Shown piece by piece: positions 25,851-38,078 of a stretch of DNA of 64,000 bases. Each line of letters starts with the position of its first letter. Position 1 is the stretch's first letter. A program made the position numbers and the translations under genes. The notes under the pieces are model-generated. The model did not search any database. It was not told the DNA's origin and saw nothing but the letters and a program-made list of their open reading frames with translations. This DNA is from Mobula hypostoma (taxonomy: Eukaryota). Location of the stretch: NCBI RefSeq assembly GCF_963921235.1, contig NC_086106.1, positions 24,366,001 through 24,430,000 of the forward strand, read 5' to 3'.

Positions 25851-26509
25851 CATTTCCTCCATTGCTCTATCTTTTTTACTCCCTCCATTCCCATCTCGCT
25901 CTCTCTTTCTTTCTCATTCGGTATCGTTATCTCAGTGCCTATGTAGCCTGCTCGTCGAGATATTCCCAAATCCAGGATACTGAAGTGTCACCTTACCGTA
26001 CTACCAATCAACATCTCTGTGCCCCTTGATTTTTTTTCACGTGATTTCTCACTCTCATAAAACTCTCTCCCCACCCACCCACCTCCGCCAACTGCCCACA
26101 CTTCCCCCAACCCCTCCACACATGTCACTGCCTTCCTTTAATTCTATCCATGTCGGTCCACGGTAACGTCGTGGTGATGTTCTTTCTCAGCACTCCATTT
26201 CTACTGTCATTTTAACTCCATCGCAATCTATTCGAGGGAAGGTAATTACTGTGAGCGATCGTCAGCCTTTCAGAGTGACCACCCGTTTCTCCGGAATAAG
26301 AACTCTGCAAAAAACTGGAGTGGTAATAATAATTCATCCTCCGCAACAGGAGAGATGCTGCACAAAGTGCAGAAATGTCAACTTAGTTAGGAGTTCAAAA
26401 TTTTCTAAAAGCAGATGTCTTCAGTCTCGACAATACCCAGCCGCTGAATGTCAATAATCCCCAGTAAAGGAGTACGTGAATTAACCATATTTTTCTGAGA
26501 GGTCATATT

Positions 26510-26960
26510 TTTTGTTCAGCACCCTCCTGAATAACTACAAGAAGTATTTCCACAGGAAAGCAGTACCAGGGACCCACACCATTTACTCCATACTCTCCTC
26601 CCAATACTACCATCGGAGAAGAGGTCCGAAACCAGTCAGTTCAGGAACAGTTATCACCATTCAACCATTACACTCTTCAATCTGTGTTGACAAGTTTACC
26701 CGCTGCAGCACAGAACTGATTCCTTAAATCTAAGGATTCTACAACTTGTATTCTCAATATTATTTCGTACATATTATTTTTTACACAGCTTGTCCGCTTT
26801 CGCACATTGCACATTCCTTGCAGTGCTCTATGATTGCATAGAAATGCTTTGTTTTTACTGTGAATTCCAGTAAGAAAAGGAATCTCGGCTAGTATATGCT
26901 GAAAAATCCGTAATTTTACAATAGATGTATTTGAACATTGAAAAGCCAACACTTCATGCA
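26510..26960 (+). mobile_element. L2-like 3' fragment
   Basis: aggaaagcag...gacccacacc...ccatcggagaagaggt...ttcaggaacagttatc, then a tail-like region. Confidence 0.6.
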
Positions 26961-28039
26961 AAGATAACACTTCCTGGTGCAGAGTGTTGTCAGGCGAACC
27001 TGCTCCATCCATCTTTTTTGTCTTGTAAAGGTGCAGTCATCTATCCGGTCTCCTGTTTTGCCTCGCACCTATAGACCAAGGAAGCAGTCGTCATCAGCCT
27101 GAGCTACCTGAAACCAGTCCAGTCAGTGAAGTGAACTGTCACTTTACTCTTTCTGCGCTTTAATTTCGTACGATATATCTGACAACGGACGAAGTAGATC
27201 TTACATTTTTTTTTTTTGTTTGTTTTGCATTTTTACATCTCTAAGAATATATCTAATTTCGTCTCTCATCATGATGACTCTCTTAACTTGCTACGTATCC
27301 GAACATTCGCATTTTTCTGCACAGTAAATACAGATTACAAACAACACTGAAGGAATGTCCCCGACATTATAATAAATGAACCGGTTTTCTATGGTCCAAA
27401 CGTAGCGGATAACATTGATCTTCAAGAAGATTTTTTTTTCTCACTTGCCTTACAATTTTTAAATTAGAAATGCGCAATGGTGTCAGCGTGGCACTGATGA
27501 GCCAAAGCTCCTCTGTGACGCGTAAAGCATCTTGTCTTCTGGAGCCTGTGCCTCGAGGGGACCAAGAATCAGAGTTAATGAAAGACAGTCCCTGTGTACA
27601 GTTAAATGAAAATAAGATACTGACGGAATGGCAAAACGCAGATGGTTCTGTGAAACGGCCGCTACAATCAATGTTAGCTTTTGACCGATTCGGAGCTGCA
27701 AATCTCAGCTTCAACAGAGGAGCCTGGGAGGGAAACACTCCATACCAAGGGAGAGCGGGAGACATTGCAGCACCGATTCGGGAATAGGGCTGACCACAGA
27801 GAAGTGAAATTGATACTGCTCTCATTTCCGCTTACCACGCCAGAAGGACTTGCCGCTGAGCGGTGTGAAACAGCCTCTTATTAAACAATGTTAGGAAACC
27901 TTCTCTCTGGATGCATGAAAAAGCCGCTTCTGACAATATTGCCCCTCCACGCTGCACCTGACTCAGTAAAACTACTCAGTACTCAATTACAGCACATACG
28001 GCGAGTCTGGGAACAAGCTTGGCACTTTACACGGACGGC

Positions 28040-31000
28040 CCAATCAGCTGCAGGAGTCGCCATAAGGACAAGGTCTCTCGCAGTTCGGCGACACTTGTTT
28101 AAAAAGGGAGCTTCGAGGGCGTTCAGCCTCATTCCCACGACGAAAGAAGCAGGCCACAGCGAAAGTAACAGGCCACAGCGAAGCCACAGCGAAAATAACA
28201 AGCCACAGCGATGAGGTTCTTCGCAGTCGGTTACGCTTGCTTGGCGCAATTCTGGCTTCAGTTCGAAAGAGGTGTTGGCTCTGGGTAAGTTTTAAGTTAA
28301 TCTTCTTTTTTTCTTCTTATTTTGCTGTGCCTAGTTCAGTAATTCGCCGCTGGGTGTTCCTCATGCGGAATGTTGGAGTCCCGGGAGAATCAGAGTCTCC
28401 GAGGGAAGTACATTTGCGTGAAGAGCGCCGGTTGCAGCTCGGTGAAAACCGCGTTGGGGATCTGGCGCAGCATCTCAATGGAATGCGGCTTGTACATTAC
28501 AGTGAGGATGCAGTCGATCAGAGTTACAGTGAAGTAGTCACCTCGGGTTGAAGCAGGCGAGCAGCTGAGTGACCGTCAGCGGAAATGGAAAGATGAACAG
28601 ACAGTTGGCGTAGCACTCCCCTGTGACCATTCTGCTAGATAATAAGAATTCCGTTTTTGGATACTATTGTGGTGTATGAGTACCCAGGGAATGCGACGGA
28701 GACGGGTTTATGGACACTGAACATTGGTCCGTGGTGCAGAAGGGAAAGAAGGTGAAGAAGGGAGTGGTACTCCTAGAGGAGTCAATTGTCAGGGGAATCG
28801 ACAGGAGATCGGTCGACGTCAATGTGACACCAGAACGGTACGGGCCTCCCAGGTGCCAGTTCAGGAAATTCTCGGATCGCGTGCAAAATATTTTGCAGTG
28901 GGAGGGAGAGTAGTCAGATGCCGTGATACGGGTTAACATAGGAAGGAAAAGAAAACAATTACTGAAAGGAAAAATTGGAAAGGTAAGTAGAAAGCTAAGA
29001 ATCAGAACCTGCAGGTTGGTAATGACTGGATTCCCGCCTGTGTCACGCGCCAGAAAAAAAGTAGAAAGAGGATGTATTGCGTGGCAGAGAAGCTGGTTTA
29101 GGTGCAGGCATTCAGTTCGATGTATTTCTGGGATATCTGCTGGGTAGGTTATGTTCAAAAGTGAAGGGTTGCACCTACCGCATCATGGTAGGTTTAAAAG
29201 AGCTGAGGGGAGGTTTACAATTAATTTCGCATGTGCGTGGGAACTGGAAAGGAGGCACTCAGGTTGGACGGATGGTATGGAAAAAAAAAAAAAGATACCC
29301 TGCAGTCAAACCGCCAGGAAAGACAAGCAGATGATAGGATATAATTGCAGCCAGCAGTATAGGCAATTGCAGTAGGGATGCAGAATCCAAAAGAGTAGCA
29401 AATGCAGCAGTCAAACTGTGATTCTCAAAGTACTTAGTATAAGAAATTAGATGGACTGAATTTTTGCACAATTACAGGTTGTCAGGTATGTTACTTTGGA
29501 TATCACTGAATTGTTGCTAAAGGATGGTTCTAGTTGGCAGCTGACTGACGAGCGTTTGATGTTTTATCGGAGGTAAGAGATCGGCAGATGGTATGGCTCT
29601 TCTGGATGTCATCAATTCAGCAGAAAAGTAAAATTAGGTCAAAAGGAATTGAAACCCTGTGCGTTAAAAAGGATCATACGGCCGTTATATACAGGCGTCC
29701 AAACACAAACTAGGTGGTGGAAGACATATTACAACAGGAAATAGAACGGACGTGTCAAAATGGAGATTTCAAAATGCAGTTAGATTGGAAAAAGAAGGAT
29801 TGGAAATAGATCTGAAGAGTATATATATATATTTAAGTGCCTACAAGATGGCTTTTAACAACAGTTTGTCGTTGAGCCGACTAGGGAATCAGTTATAATG
29901 TATTGGGTGCTATGCAATGAACAGTACCTAATTAGGAAGCTGAAAGTAACAAAAAAAAAAATCCTTCGGAGCCAGTGTTAACAGTATGTTTCAGTTCAAC
30001 ATGGAATTTAAGAGGGAGTTAGTAAAGTCTCATGTAACAGTACTTCAGTGGTGTGCATGAAATTAAAATGGTATGAAGGAGATTTGGCCAAAGCGAATTA
30101 GAAGTAGATGCTGGCAAGTGTGACAGAAAAAAAAAAAACATCAATAGCGTGATAAAATAAGAGAGTTGGAGGATGGATGTATTAACACAGAAATGGGTAC
30201 TCAAAGGGCAAAATAGTACAGCCTTGGCTGACAAGGAAAGTCAAAGCTAACATAAAAAGCGAAAGAGCGGGCCTACAAAGAAGATACAATAGGTTGGCAG
30301 AGAGTGTATTCGGTGGCTTTTAAAACTCTACAGAGAACAAATAAAAAATCGTTTTAAGTGTAAAGAAGAAACATGACCGCAAGGTAGCAAACAATATCAG
30401 AGTAGTAAAAGCTTCCTCATCTATTTATAAAGAATGATAAAAGAGTGATGATGTTGGATATGGAACCGCCGGAAATTGAGCCCAGAGAAATAACAACGGA
30501 GCACAAGGAGATGGCAGATATGCATATTTTATAAGTTTTACTGTGGAAGAATCCAGCAGTATGCCAGATGTTTACGGGTGTGAGAGAAGATTAGTCAGTG
30601 TGGTTACTAGGGAGAACGTGTTCAAAATGCTGAAAGATATAAGGGAAAAAAAAATCTTTCAGAAATCATTGCATGGCATGGTGACAGAAGACTGGTAATT
30701 CTAAATTTCAGTCCACTCTTTGAGAAAGTAAGAAGGCAGTAAAACTGAAATTATCGAACCGTTAAGCTGACCTCAGTGCTTGGGAAGATGTTAGAGTCAA
30801 TTGTTAAGGATGAGGTTATGGAGTACTTGGTGACACAGGGCAACATAGGACGAAGTCAACATGGTTTCCTTAAGGTAAAATAGTTTCTGACGAAACTGCT
30901 AGAACGTTTGAGGAGATTCCAATTAAGGTGGATAAGGCTGCGCGGGGCGGGGGAGGTGTACAAGATGTTGTCTATTTAGAATTTCAGAAGGCCGTTGATA

Positions 31001-31845
31001 ACGTGCCAAAGATGAGGCAGTTTACCAAGCTCGGAGCCCATGACACTACAGGAAAGTTACGGGAATGATTAGCGCATTGGCTGATTGGTAGGAAGCAGAG
31101 AATTTGACCAAAGTGGGCCTTTTCTGCTTTGCAGCCAGAAAATACTTTTGTTTCGCAAGGATCGCTGTTGGGATTGCTTTTTTCGAAGTTGTATATGAAA
31201 TATTTAGATGATCGAATAGATGGCTTTGTCGCAAAGTTTGCAGCTGATATGCAGGTTGGTGTGACGGGGGCATATGGCGATAAGGATACAGTTTGGCTGC
31301 ACAAGGACTTGCACAGGCTACGATAATGTGCACGAGAGCATAAAATGAAATAAATGTGTATGTTATACTCCAGTTTGTACAAATAAATGTGCAGCTTATA
31401 CTCTAAAGAGGGAAAATTTGAAAAAAAAAGATGCAAATGGACTTACAAGTTCTTTTGCAGATCACCCTAAAGGATACCTCCCAGACAGATGCTGTGGTGG
31501 GAACGGAAATCCAATGTTAGGATTCCTTTCCAGAGTAGCAATGTGATGCTGAGGCTTTATCGGACACTGGTAAAATCCCAGGTTCAGTATTGTGATCAAT
31601 GTTTGCTCCTCATCTGGGAAAATATGTGCTGGTTTTGATTAGGATTCAGCGGAAGTCCACAAGAGTGTTTCTGGGAATAGAAATGGTTATCGTACGAGGA
31701 ACGATTGATATCTCTGGGTCTATATAGCTGTTATTTGCGGGATGAGGGAAATTCACTTCAAAACTTTGAGAATGTTGAAATACCTAGGCAGTGTAGATGT
31801 AGAATGGATCTCACTACATCCACATCTACATCTACATCTACATCT
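28040..31845 (+). mobile_element. Near full-length decayed CR1 LINE (5' UTR, SGNH-esterase ORF1, ORF2), interrupted by the tandem LTR element
   Basis: ORF1 remnant VLLEESIVRGIDRR...SDRVQNILQWEGE (GDSIVR esterase block); ORF2 remnants YRPPN, GNYRPxSLTS and KFAADM; continues at 40690. Confidence 0.82.
28152..28211 (+). repeat. Short imperfect tandem repeat (four copies of gccacagcga) in the CR1 5' UTR
   Basis: gccacagcga recurs four times with short A-rich spacers. Confidence 0.85.
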
Positions 31846-32717
31846 TGTGACGAGAATATACATAAAATTAAGATGTTTGCTGGCCTGGGTTAACATCAGT
31901 GACATCAGCAAGTGGTCTGCCACCGGCCCTCAAGGGAAGGAGAGATAAGGAACAATGGAGCAGCGTCTGGAGATGTGTAATGAAGGGACGTGGGAGAGAG
32001 AGCTGTCTGGACCGGCTCCCCCCTTTTAAACTTGAACTGTTTGAAGTGATGGACAGGCGATACCCCAGCAGGGGGATAAAAAGGGACCGGTTCGCTAAGG
32101 CAGGACACACACGCCACCCGAGGTAACGAGACCCTGGAAGCGGTACGCTTCTCACGAGTCGGTGGGAAGTATCAGACAACGGCCAGGGTGGAAAGGTACG
32201 ATCAGAGGGAACCCGGTGAGTGTCCGCCCTTGCCTGGGCGCCGGGTTCACTGCAGAGGATCGACCGCATCTGGAGGAGGGGTCACAGTCGGTGCACTCAG
32301 GTGACATCACCAAGGACCTGCCCAAAAAACTGTTTGTGAACCATATCGTCGGTCTGTGAGTGAAGCCGTGTCTGAATGATCAGTTGTTCCTGTTCTCTAT
32401 CTCTCTCTCTCCCCCCATGTTGTCCATCGCCATGGCAACGATTACTGCGAACTGAACTACTAAACTGGACTGAACTTTGAGTCACTTTGAAATTTGGTCA
32501 TTTACTCCTTGACAACGATAGAGCTTGATTGATACTGTTATCTTAATTCTGTGCACATGTGTGTTTATCATTGCTGAACTGTTGCATTTATTATCCTTTC
32601 GATTACTGTGTTGCTTATTTATTTAATACAACTTTCTTAGTTCTAGTACTCCAGACTCCAACTGAGTGATCCATTTCTGCTGGTTTGGCAACCCAGTTAC
32701 GGGGTACGTAACATAAG

Positions 32718-32735
32718 TGGGGGCTCGTCCGGGAT
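32718..32735 (+). promoter_or_regulatory. Primer binding site complementary to the tRNA-Pro 3' end (second copy at 36705-36722)
   Basis: TGGGGGCTCGTCCGGGAT, identical to the established MLV PBS-Pro sequence, 4 nt after the LTR. Confidence 0.9.
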
Positions 32736-32811
32736 TTTGAACGCTAAATTTGGGACAGAGTAAATTGATTGGGTTAAAGTTCCCGAAAGAAAGAAAAGAC
32801 AAACAGCAGAA

Positions 32812-34058
32812 ATGGAGGCTGAGGAATTTATAAAGGCGCCGACCTTGGAGGCATTAGAGGATGCCAGGAAATCGGAATTGATAGCTGTGGCCAAACGGTT
32901 GAATCTTGCCAAGGTGAAGTCGACAATAAGGAGAGAGGAGATACACAGAGCTATTGTAGAGCACTATGTATCTAAAGGTGTGTTTCCTCAAGGTGAGCTG
33001 GGGGTGGTGTCTATTGAAAAACCTGCTGGAGTCGCGGTACAGGTACAGCTTAAAAAACTGAGACTCGAGCACGAGTTCCGGGTACGACAGTTGGAGAGAG
33101 AAGAGAAAGAGAGAGAGAGACAGTTAGAGATAGAGAGGAGAAAGAGAGGCAATGGGAGCGAGAAGAGAGAGGGAAACAGAGGGAAAGGGAATTTGAGCTG
33201 GAGAAGTTAAAGATAAGGGCCGAGCAGGGGCTCGTGCCGAACCAAGGTGGAGGGTTCAGGGCGACCCAGGAGGTTAGGCTGGTTCCCCCATTTGACGATA
33301 CCGACGTGGATCGGTACTTTCTCCACTTCGAAAAAGTGGCTATAAGTCAGGACTGGCCGAGGGATAAGTTGGTTGTTTTACTTCAGTGTGTACTGAAAGG
33401 GAAAGCCCAAGAAGCTTACTCAGCTTTGTCCGCGGAAGATGCCCAGAGGTATGAGGTGGTGAAAGAGGCCATCCTCAGGATTTATGAGTTGGTCCCGGAG
33501 GCATACCGGCAGAGGTTCCGGAATGCGAGGAAGCGGTGGGACCGCACGTATTTGGAGATTGCCCGTGAGATACAGACATATTGTGAGCGTTGGTGCGCCT
33601 CAAAGGGGGTACAGGGGGATTATGATAGACTGCTACAACTGATCCTGATTGAGCAGTTTAAAGGTTATGTCCCTGAGGGTATGAGACCCTACCTAGATGA
33701 GAAAGAGGCAGCCACGTTAGCCGCAACTGCTAAGTTAGCGGATGAGTATGCGTTGACGCATAAAATGAAGTTTGCCCCGAGTAAAGGCTACCAAAAGGGT
33801 CGTCAGGACGGCGGGGATTGTCCGCCGGAAAAGTCAGAAAGTAAGCCGGGGACTAGAGAAAAGGATAAGGTAGACCGGGAGCAGTCTGGTAGGAAGTCTC
33901 CTGGGGTCGTCTGTTATAATTGTGGGAAAGCCGGACACTTTGCGTCCAGGTGCTTTGCCCCAAGGAAGGAGACGGGGAAAGGAAAAGCGGAAATTTTGAA
34001 TGGCTGTGTCGAGCTGTTAAGCGAACCGCTAGGGAAGGACAGGTCTGAAAAAGTCTAG
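32812..34058 (+). pseudogene. Gmr1-like gag with SCAN-like capsid region and CCHC zinc knuckle, unit 1 (frameshifted)
   Basis: LVPPFDDTDVDRYFLHFE...KAQEAY...PEAYRQRFR...LIEQF; CYNCGKAGHFASRC; frameshift in GA-rich sequence near 33131; TAG at 34056-34058 in frame with pol. Confidence 0.88.
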
Positions 34059-34091
34059 GAAGGGCGCGAGAGGTTTATCTCGGCCGGACTG

Positions 34092-35540
34092 GTGTCAGTG
34101 AAGGAGAGGTTAAAACCAGTTCCAGTGCGGATCTGGAGAGACACGGGAGCGTGTCAGTCACTAATACTGAAGAGTGTATTAGAGTTTAGCTCAGAGACCC
34201 AGACTGGGGAGGTAGAGGTCAAAGTTGTTGGGGAAGGGACAGAGTCAGTCCCTTTGCACCATATACACTTACAGAGCAACCTGGTCTCTGGACTAGTCAC
34301 GATCGGGGTGAGGTCCGAATTACCGATGAAAGACGTGGAAGTCTTGCTCGGTAATGACATCGCCGGAGGAATCGTGTTCCCAGTCGTGAGATTGACAGGT
34401 CAGCCTGCCAGCATCGAGGCCCCGCCCATGGACTCACAGGTTCATCACGTGCCCGCGATAGTGAATTTAGCTGAAACATTTCTGCCAACCTTGTATGAGA
34501 CGGGGTGTAGTGAGACAAGAGGTAGTGAGGGAGCTGGGACGGACGTAGCAGTAGCCAGGAAAGAATTTGTGCAGACGCAGGAGCGAGACGAGGGTCTGAT
34601 GGTTTTTGCAGAGACAGCTCTCTCTGACACAGCTTTAACAAGGGAACTAGTAGGCTATTGTGTAGAGGAGGAAGTGCTAAGGAGAAAAGGGAAATCAAGT
34701 ACACTACCCGGAGATGAGGAATGGGGGGTGGTGCAAAAGAGTTATGGGGATGAGGTTTTTAACATGGCCCACGAGGTACCCCCCGGTGGACATTTTGCGG
34801 TGCTGGAGAAAACAGTTGGTGGAATCATGAAAGAGATTTACCGGCTGCCCAGGGGGAAGAATGTTATTGATCATGACCGACCCGAACTGAGACGGTCACT
34901 GGCTTTTGATATGCTAACAAACCTAGCCGGTGTTAGCGTGGAAATCAATGAAGCTAGGGGCCCCCTGATAAGAGAAAAAAACCATTTTGAAAAGATTAGG
35001 ATGGGATCGATCAGATGGGAGAAGGCTATTGTTTTGGCCAGGTCTACTGATAAGGTCTCTCCCTTAATCCCCGAACAAAGCGAATCTTTAGAAGAAGTAA
35101 TTAAACGACTCGCACCCGGGTGTTTGATTGTCCCGAGGCAATGCAAAGAACTGGGACGTTGGGTGATGTCTGTTACAATAGGGCAACCTAGTAAACAACA
35201 CTCATATTTAATGAGTAATTCAGTGACTAAAGGGCTGATGAACACACAGGTGTGTATTGGCAATTTAATACGGCTGTCTGAAGCCAGCTTGATAGTGAAA
35301 CTTGAAAAAAATGAATTCGGCCACACGAGGGTCACTTACCTGGGAATTGTGGTGACACAGGGGCAGCCGGCAGCGATGCAAGCTACAGTGCAGGCTATCG
35401 CTGACCTCCCAACCCCGACAGACAGGAGGGCCCTCAGAAGGCTCTTGGAGATGGTGGGGTACTGCAGGAAGTTTTGCAATAACTCTGCGGTCAATACCCG
35501 TCCCCCTCCTACTAAGCCCTTGCGAGAGAAAACTGAGTGA
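34092..35540 (+). CDS. Deleted pol ORF, unit 1: protease, integrase N-terminal fragment, RT fragments (482 aa)
   Basis: RDTGA protease motif; AHEVPPGGH integrase zinc-finger start; PSKQHSYLM RT N-terminus; VKLEKNEFGHTRVTYLG...RALRRLLEMVGYCRKF RT thumb; no YxDD, integrase DDE or RNase H found. Confidence 0.85.
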   Translation: MSVKERLKPVPVRIWRDTGACQSLILKSVLEFSSETQTGEVEVKVVGEGTESVPLHHIHLQSNLVSGLVTIGVRSELPMKDVEVLLGNDIAGGIVFPVVRLTGQPASIEAPPMDSQVHHVPAIVNLAETFLPTLYETGCSETRGSEGAGTDVAVARKEFVQTQERDEGLMVFAETALSDTALTRELVGYCVEEEVLRRKGKSSTLPGDEEWGVVQKSYGDEVFNMAHEVPPGGHFAVLEKTVGGIMKEIYRLPRGKNVIDHDRPELRRSLAFDMLTNLAGVSVEINEARGPLIREKNHFEKIRMGSIRWEKAIVLARSTDKVSPLIPEQSESLEEVIKRLAPGCLIVPRQCKELGRWVMSVTIGQPSKQHSYLMSNSVTKGLMNTQVCIGNLIRLSEASLIVKLEKNEFGHTRVTYLGIVVTQGQPAAMQATVQAIADLPTPTDRRALRRLLEMVGYCRKFCNNSAVNTRPPPTKPLREKTE

Positions 35541-36798
35541 AATGGGACGACCCTTGTTATTGTGGTCCGGGACAAAACCAAATGAGATGTTACATTGGTC
35601 GCAATTCATCAGTGTTTTTGGCCACTATGAAGTTTGCTGAGTTGGAGCCTGGTCTAAGGGATTATTAATAACACGTGTAAAAGGAACAGAAAATGTGATG
35701 ACTGTCTGTCAAGGTGCTGACAGCTTCAAAATCGCTGTGTTAGCCAAATAGCTGATAAAGATGTTTATTTGTGTATGTATCAAATAATGTACTCATGTTT
35801 ACCTCCCGGTAAAAATACTTAAAGGGGGGAAGTGTGACGAGAATACACATAAAATTAAGATGTTTGCTGGCCTGGGTTAGCATCAGTGACATCAGCAAGT
35901 GGTCTGCCACCTGCCCTCAGGGGAAGGAGAGATAAGGAACAATGGAGCAGCGTCTGGAGATGTGTAATGAAGGGACGTGGGAGAGAGAGCTGTCTGGAGC
36001 GGCTCCCCCCTTTTAACCTTGAACTGTTTGAAGTGATGGACAGGCGATACCCCAGCAGGGGGATAAAAAGGGACCGGTACGCTAAGGCAGGACACACACG
36101 CCACCCGAGGTAACGAGACCCTGGAAGCGGTACGCTTCTCACGAGTCGGTGGGAAGTATCAGACAACGGCCAGGGTGGAAAGGTACGATCAGAGGGAACC
36201 CGGTGAGTGTCCGCCCTTGCCTGGGCGCCGGGTTCACTGCAGAGGATCGACCGCATCTGGAGGAGGGGTCACAGTCGGTGCACTCAGGTGACATCACCAA
36301 GGACCTGCCCAAAAAACTGTTTGTGAACCATATCGTCGGTCTGTGAGTGAAGCCGTGTCTGAATGATCAGTTGTTCCTGTTCTCTATCTCTCTCTCTCCC
36401 CCCATGTTGTCCATCGCCATGGCAACGATTACTGCGAACTGAACTACTAAACTGGACTGAACTTTGAGTCACTTTGAAATTTGGTCATTTACTCCTTGAC
36501 AACGATAGAGCTTGATTGATACTGTTATCTTAATTCTGTGCACATGTGTGTTTATCATTGCTGAACTGTTGCATTTATTATCCTTTCGATTACTGTGTTG
36601 CTTATTTATTTAATACAACTTTCTTAGTTCTAGTACTCCAGACTCCAACTGAGTGATCCATTTCTGCTGGTTTGGCAACCCAGTTACGGGGTACGTAACA
36701 TAAGTGGGGGCTCGTCCGGGATTTTGAACGCTAAATTTGGGACGGAGTAAATTGATTGGGTTAAAGTTCCCGAAAGAAAGAAAAGACAAACAGCAGAA

Positions 36799-38045
36799 AT
36801 GGAGGCTGAGGAATTTATAAAGGCGCCGACCTTGGAGGCATTAGAGGATGCCAGGAAATCGGAATTGATAGCTGTGGCCAAACGGTTGAATCTTGCCAAG
36901 GTGAAGTCGACAATAAGGAGAGAGGAGATACACAGAGCTATTGTAGAGCACTATGTATCTAAAGGTGTGTTTCCTCAAGGTGAGCTGGGGGTGGTGTCTA
37001 TTGAAAAACCTGCTGGAGTCGCGGTACAGGTACAGCTTAAAAAACTGAGACTCGAGCACGAGTTCCGGGTACGACAGTTGGAGAGAGAAGAGAAAGAGAG
37101 AGAGAGACAGTTAGAGATAGAGAGGAGAAAGAGAGGCAATGGGAGCGAGAAGAGAGAGGGAAACAGAGGGAAAGGGAATTTGAGCTGGAGAAGTTAAAGA
37201 TAAGGGCCGAGCAGGGGCTCGTGCCGAACCAAGGTGGAGGGTTCAGGGCGACCCAGGAGGTTAGGCTGGTTCCCCCATTTGACGATACCGACGTGGATCG
37301 GTACTTTCTCCACTTCGAAAAAGTGGCTATAAGTCAGGACTGGCCGAGGGATAAGTTGGTTGTTTTACTTCAGTGTGTACTGAAAGGGAAAGCCCAAGAA
37401 GCTTACTCAGCTTTGTCCGCGGAAGATGCCCAGAGGTATGAGGTGGTGAAAGAGGCCATCCTCAGGATTTATGAGTTGGTCCCGGAGGCATACCGGCAGA
37501 GGTTCCGGAATGCGAGGAAGCGGTGGGACCGCACGTATTTGGAGATTGCCCGTGAGATACAGACATATTGTGAGCGTTGGTGCGCCTCAAAGGGGGTACA
37601 GGGGGATTATGATAGACTGCTACAACTGATCCTGATTGAGCAGTTTAAAGGTTGTGTCCCTGAGGGTATGAGACCCTACCTAGATGAGAAAGAGGCAGCC
37701 ACGTTAGCCGCAACTGCTAAGTTAGCGGATGAGTATGCGTTGACGCATAAAATGAAGTTTGCCCCGAGTAAAGGCTACCAAAAGGGTCGTCAGGACGGCG
37801 GGGATTGTCCGCCGGAAAAGTCAGAAAGTAAGCCGGGGACTAGAGAAAAGGATAAGGTAGACCGGGAGCAGTCTGGTAGGAAGTCTCCTGGGGTCGTCTG
37901 TTATAATTGTGGGAAAGCCGGACACTTTGCGTCCAGGTGCTTTGCCCCAAGGAAGGAGACGGGGAAAGGAAAAGCGGAAATTTTGAATGGCTGTGTCGAG
38001 CTGTTAAGCGAACCGCTAGGGAAGGACAGGTCTGAAAAAGTCTAG
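36799..38045 (+). pseudogene. Gmr1-like gag, unit 2 (same frameshift and stop as unit 1)
   Basis: Near-identical to unit 1 at +3987; KGCVP instead of KGYVP. Confidence 0.88.
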
Positions 38046-38078
38046 GAAGGGCGCGAGAGGTTTATCTCGGCCGGACTG

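Noticed and set aside
27367-27884. Overlapping 105-152 aa ORFs and a GTAAGC donor near 27830 as a gene or another V
   Set aside because: No Ig Cys/Trp spacing, no RSS and no recognisable domain in any frame I checked
28152-28211. Repeat-spacer pattern as a CRISPR-like array
   Set aside because: Short 10-nt units with similar spacers inside a CR1 5' UTR in vertebrate DNA; no cas genes
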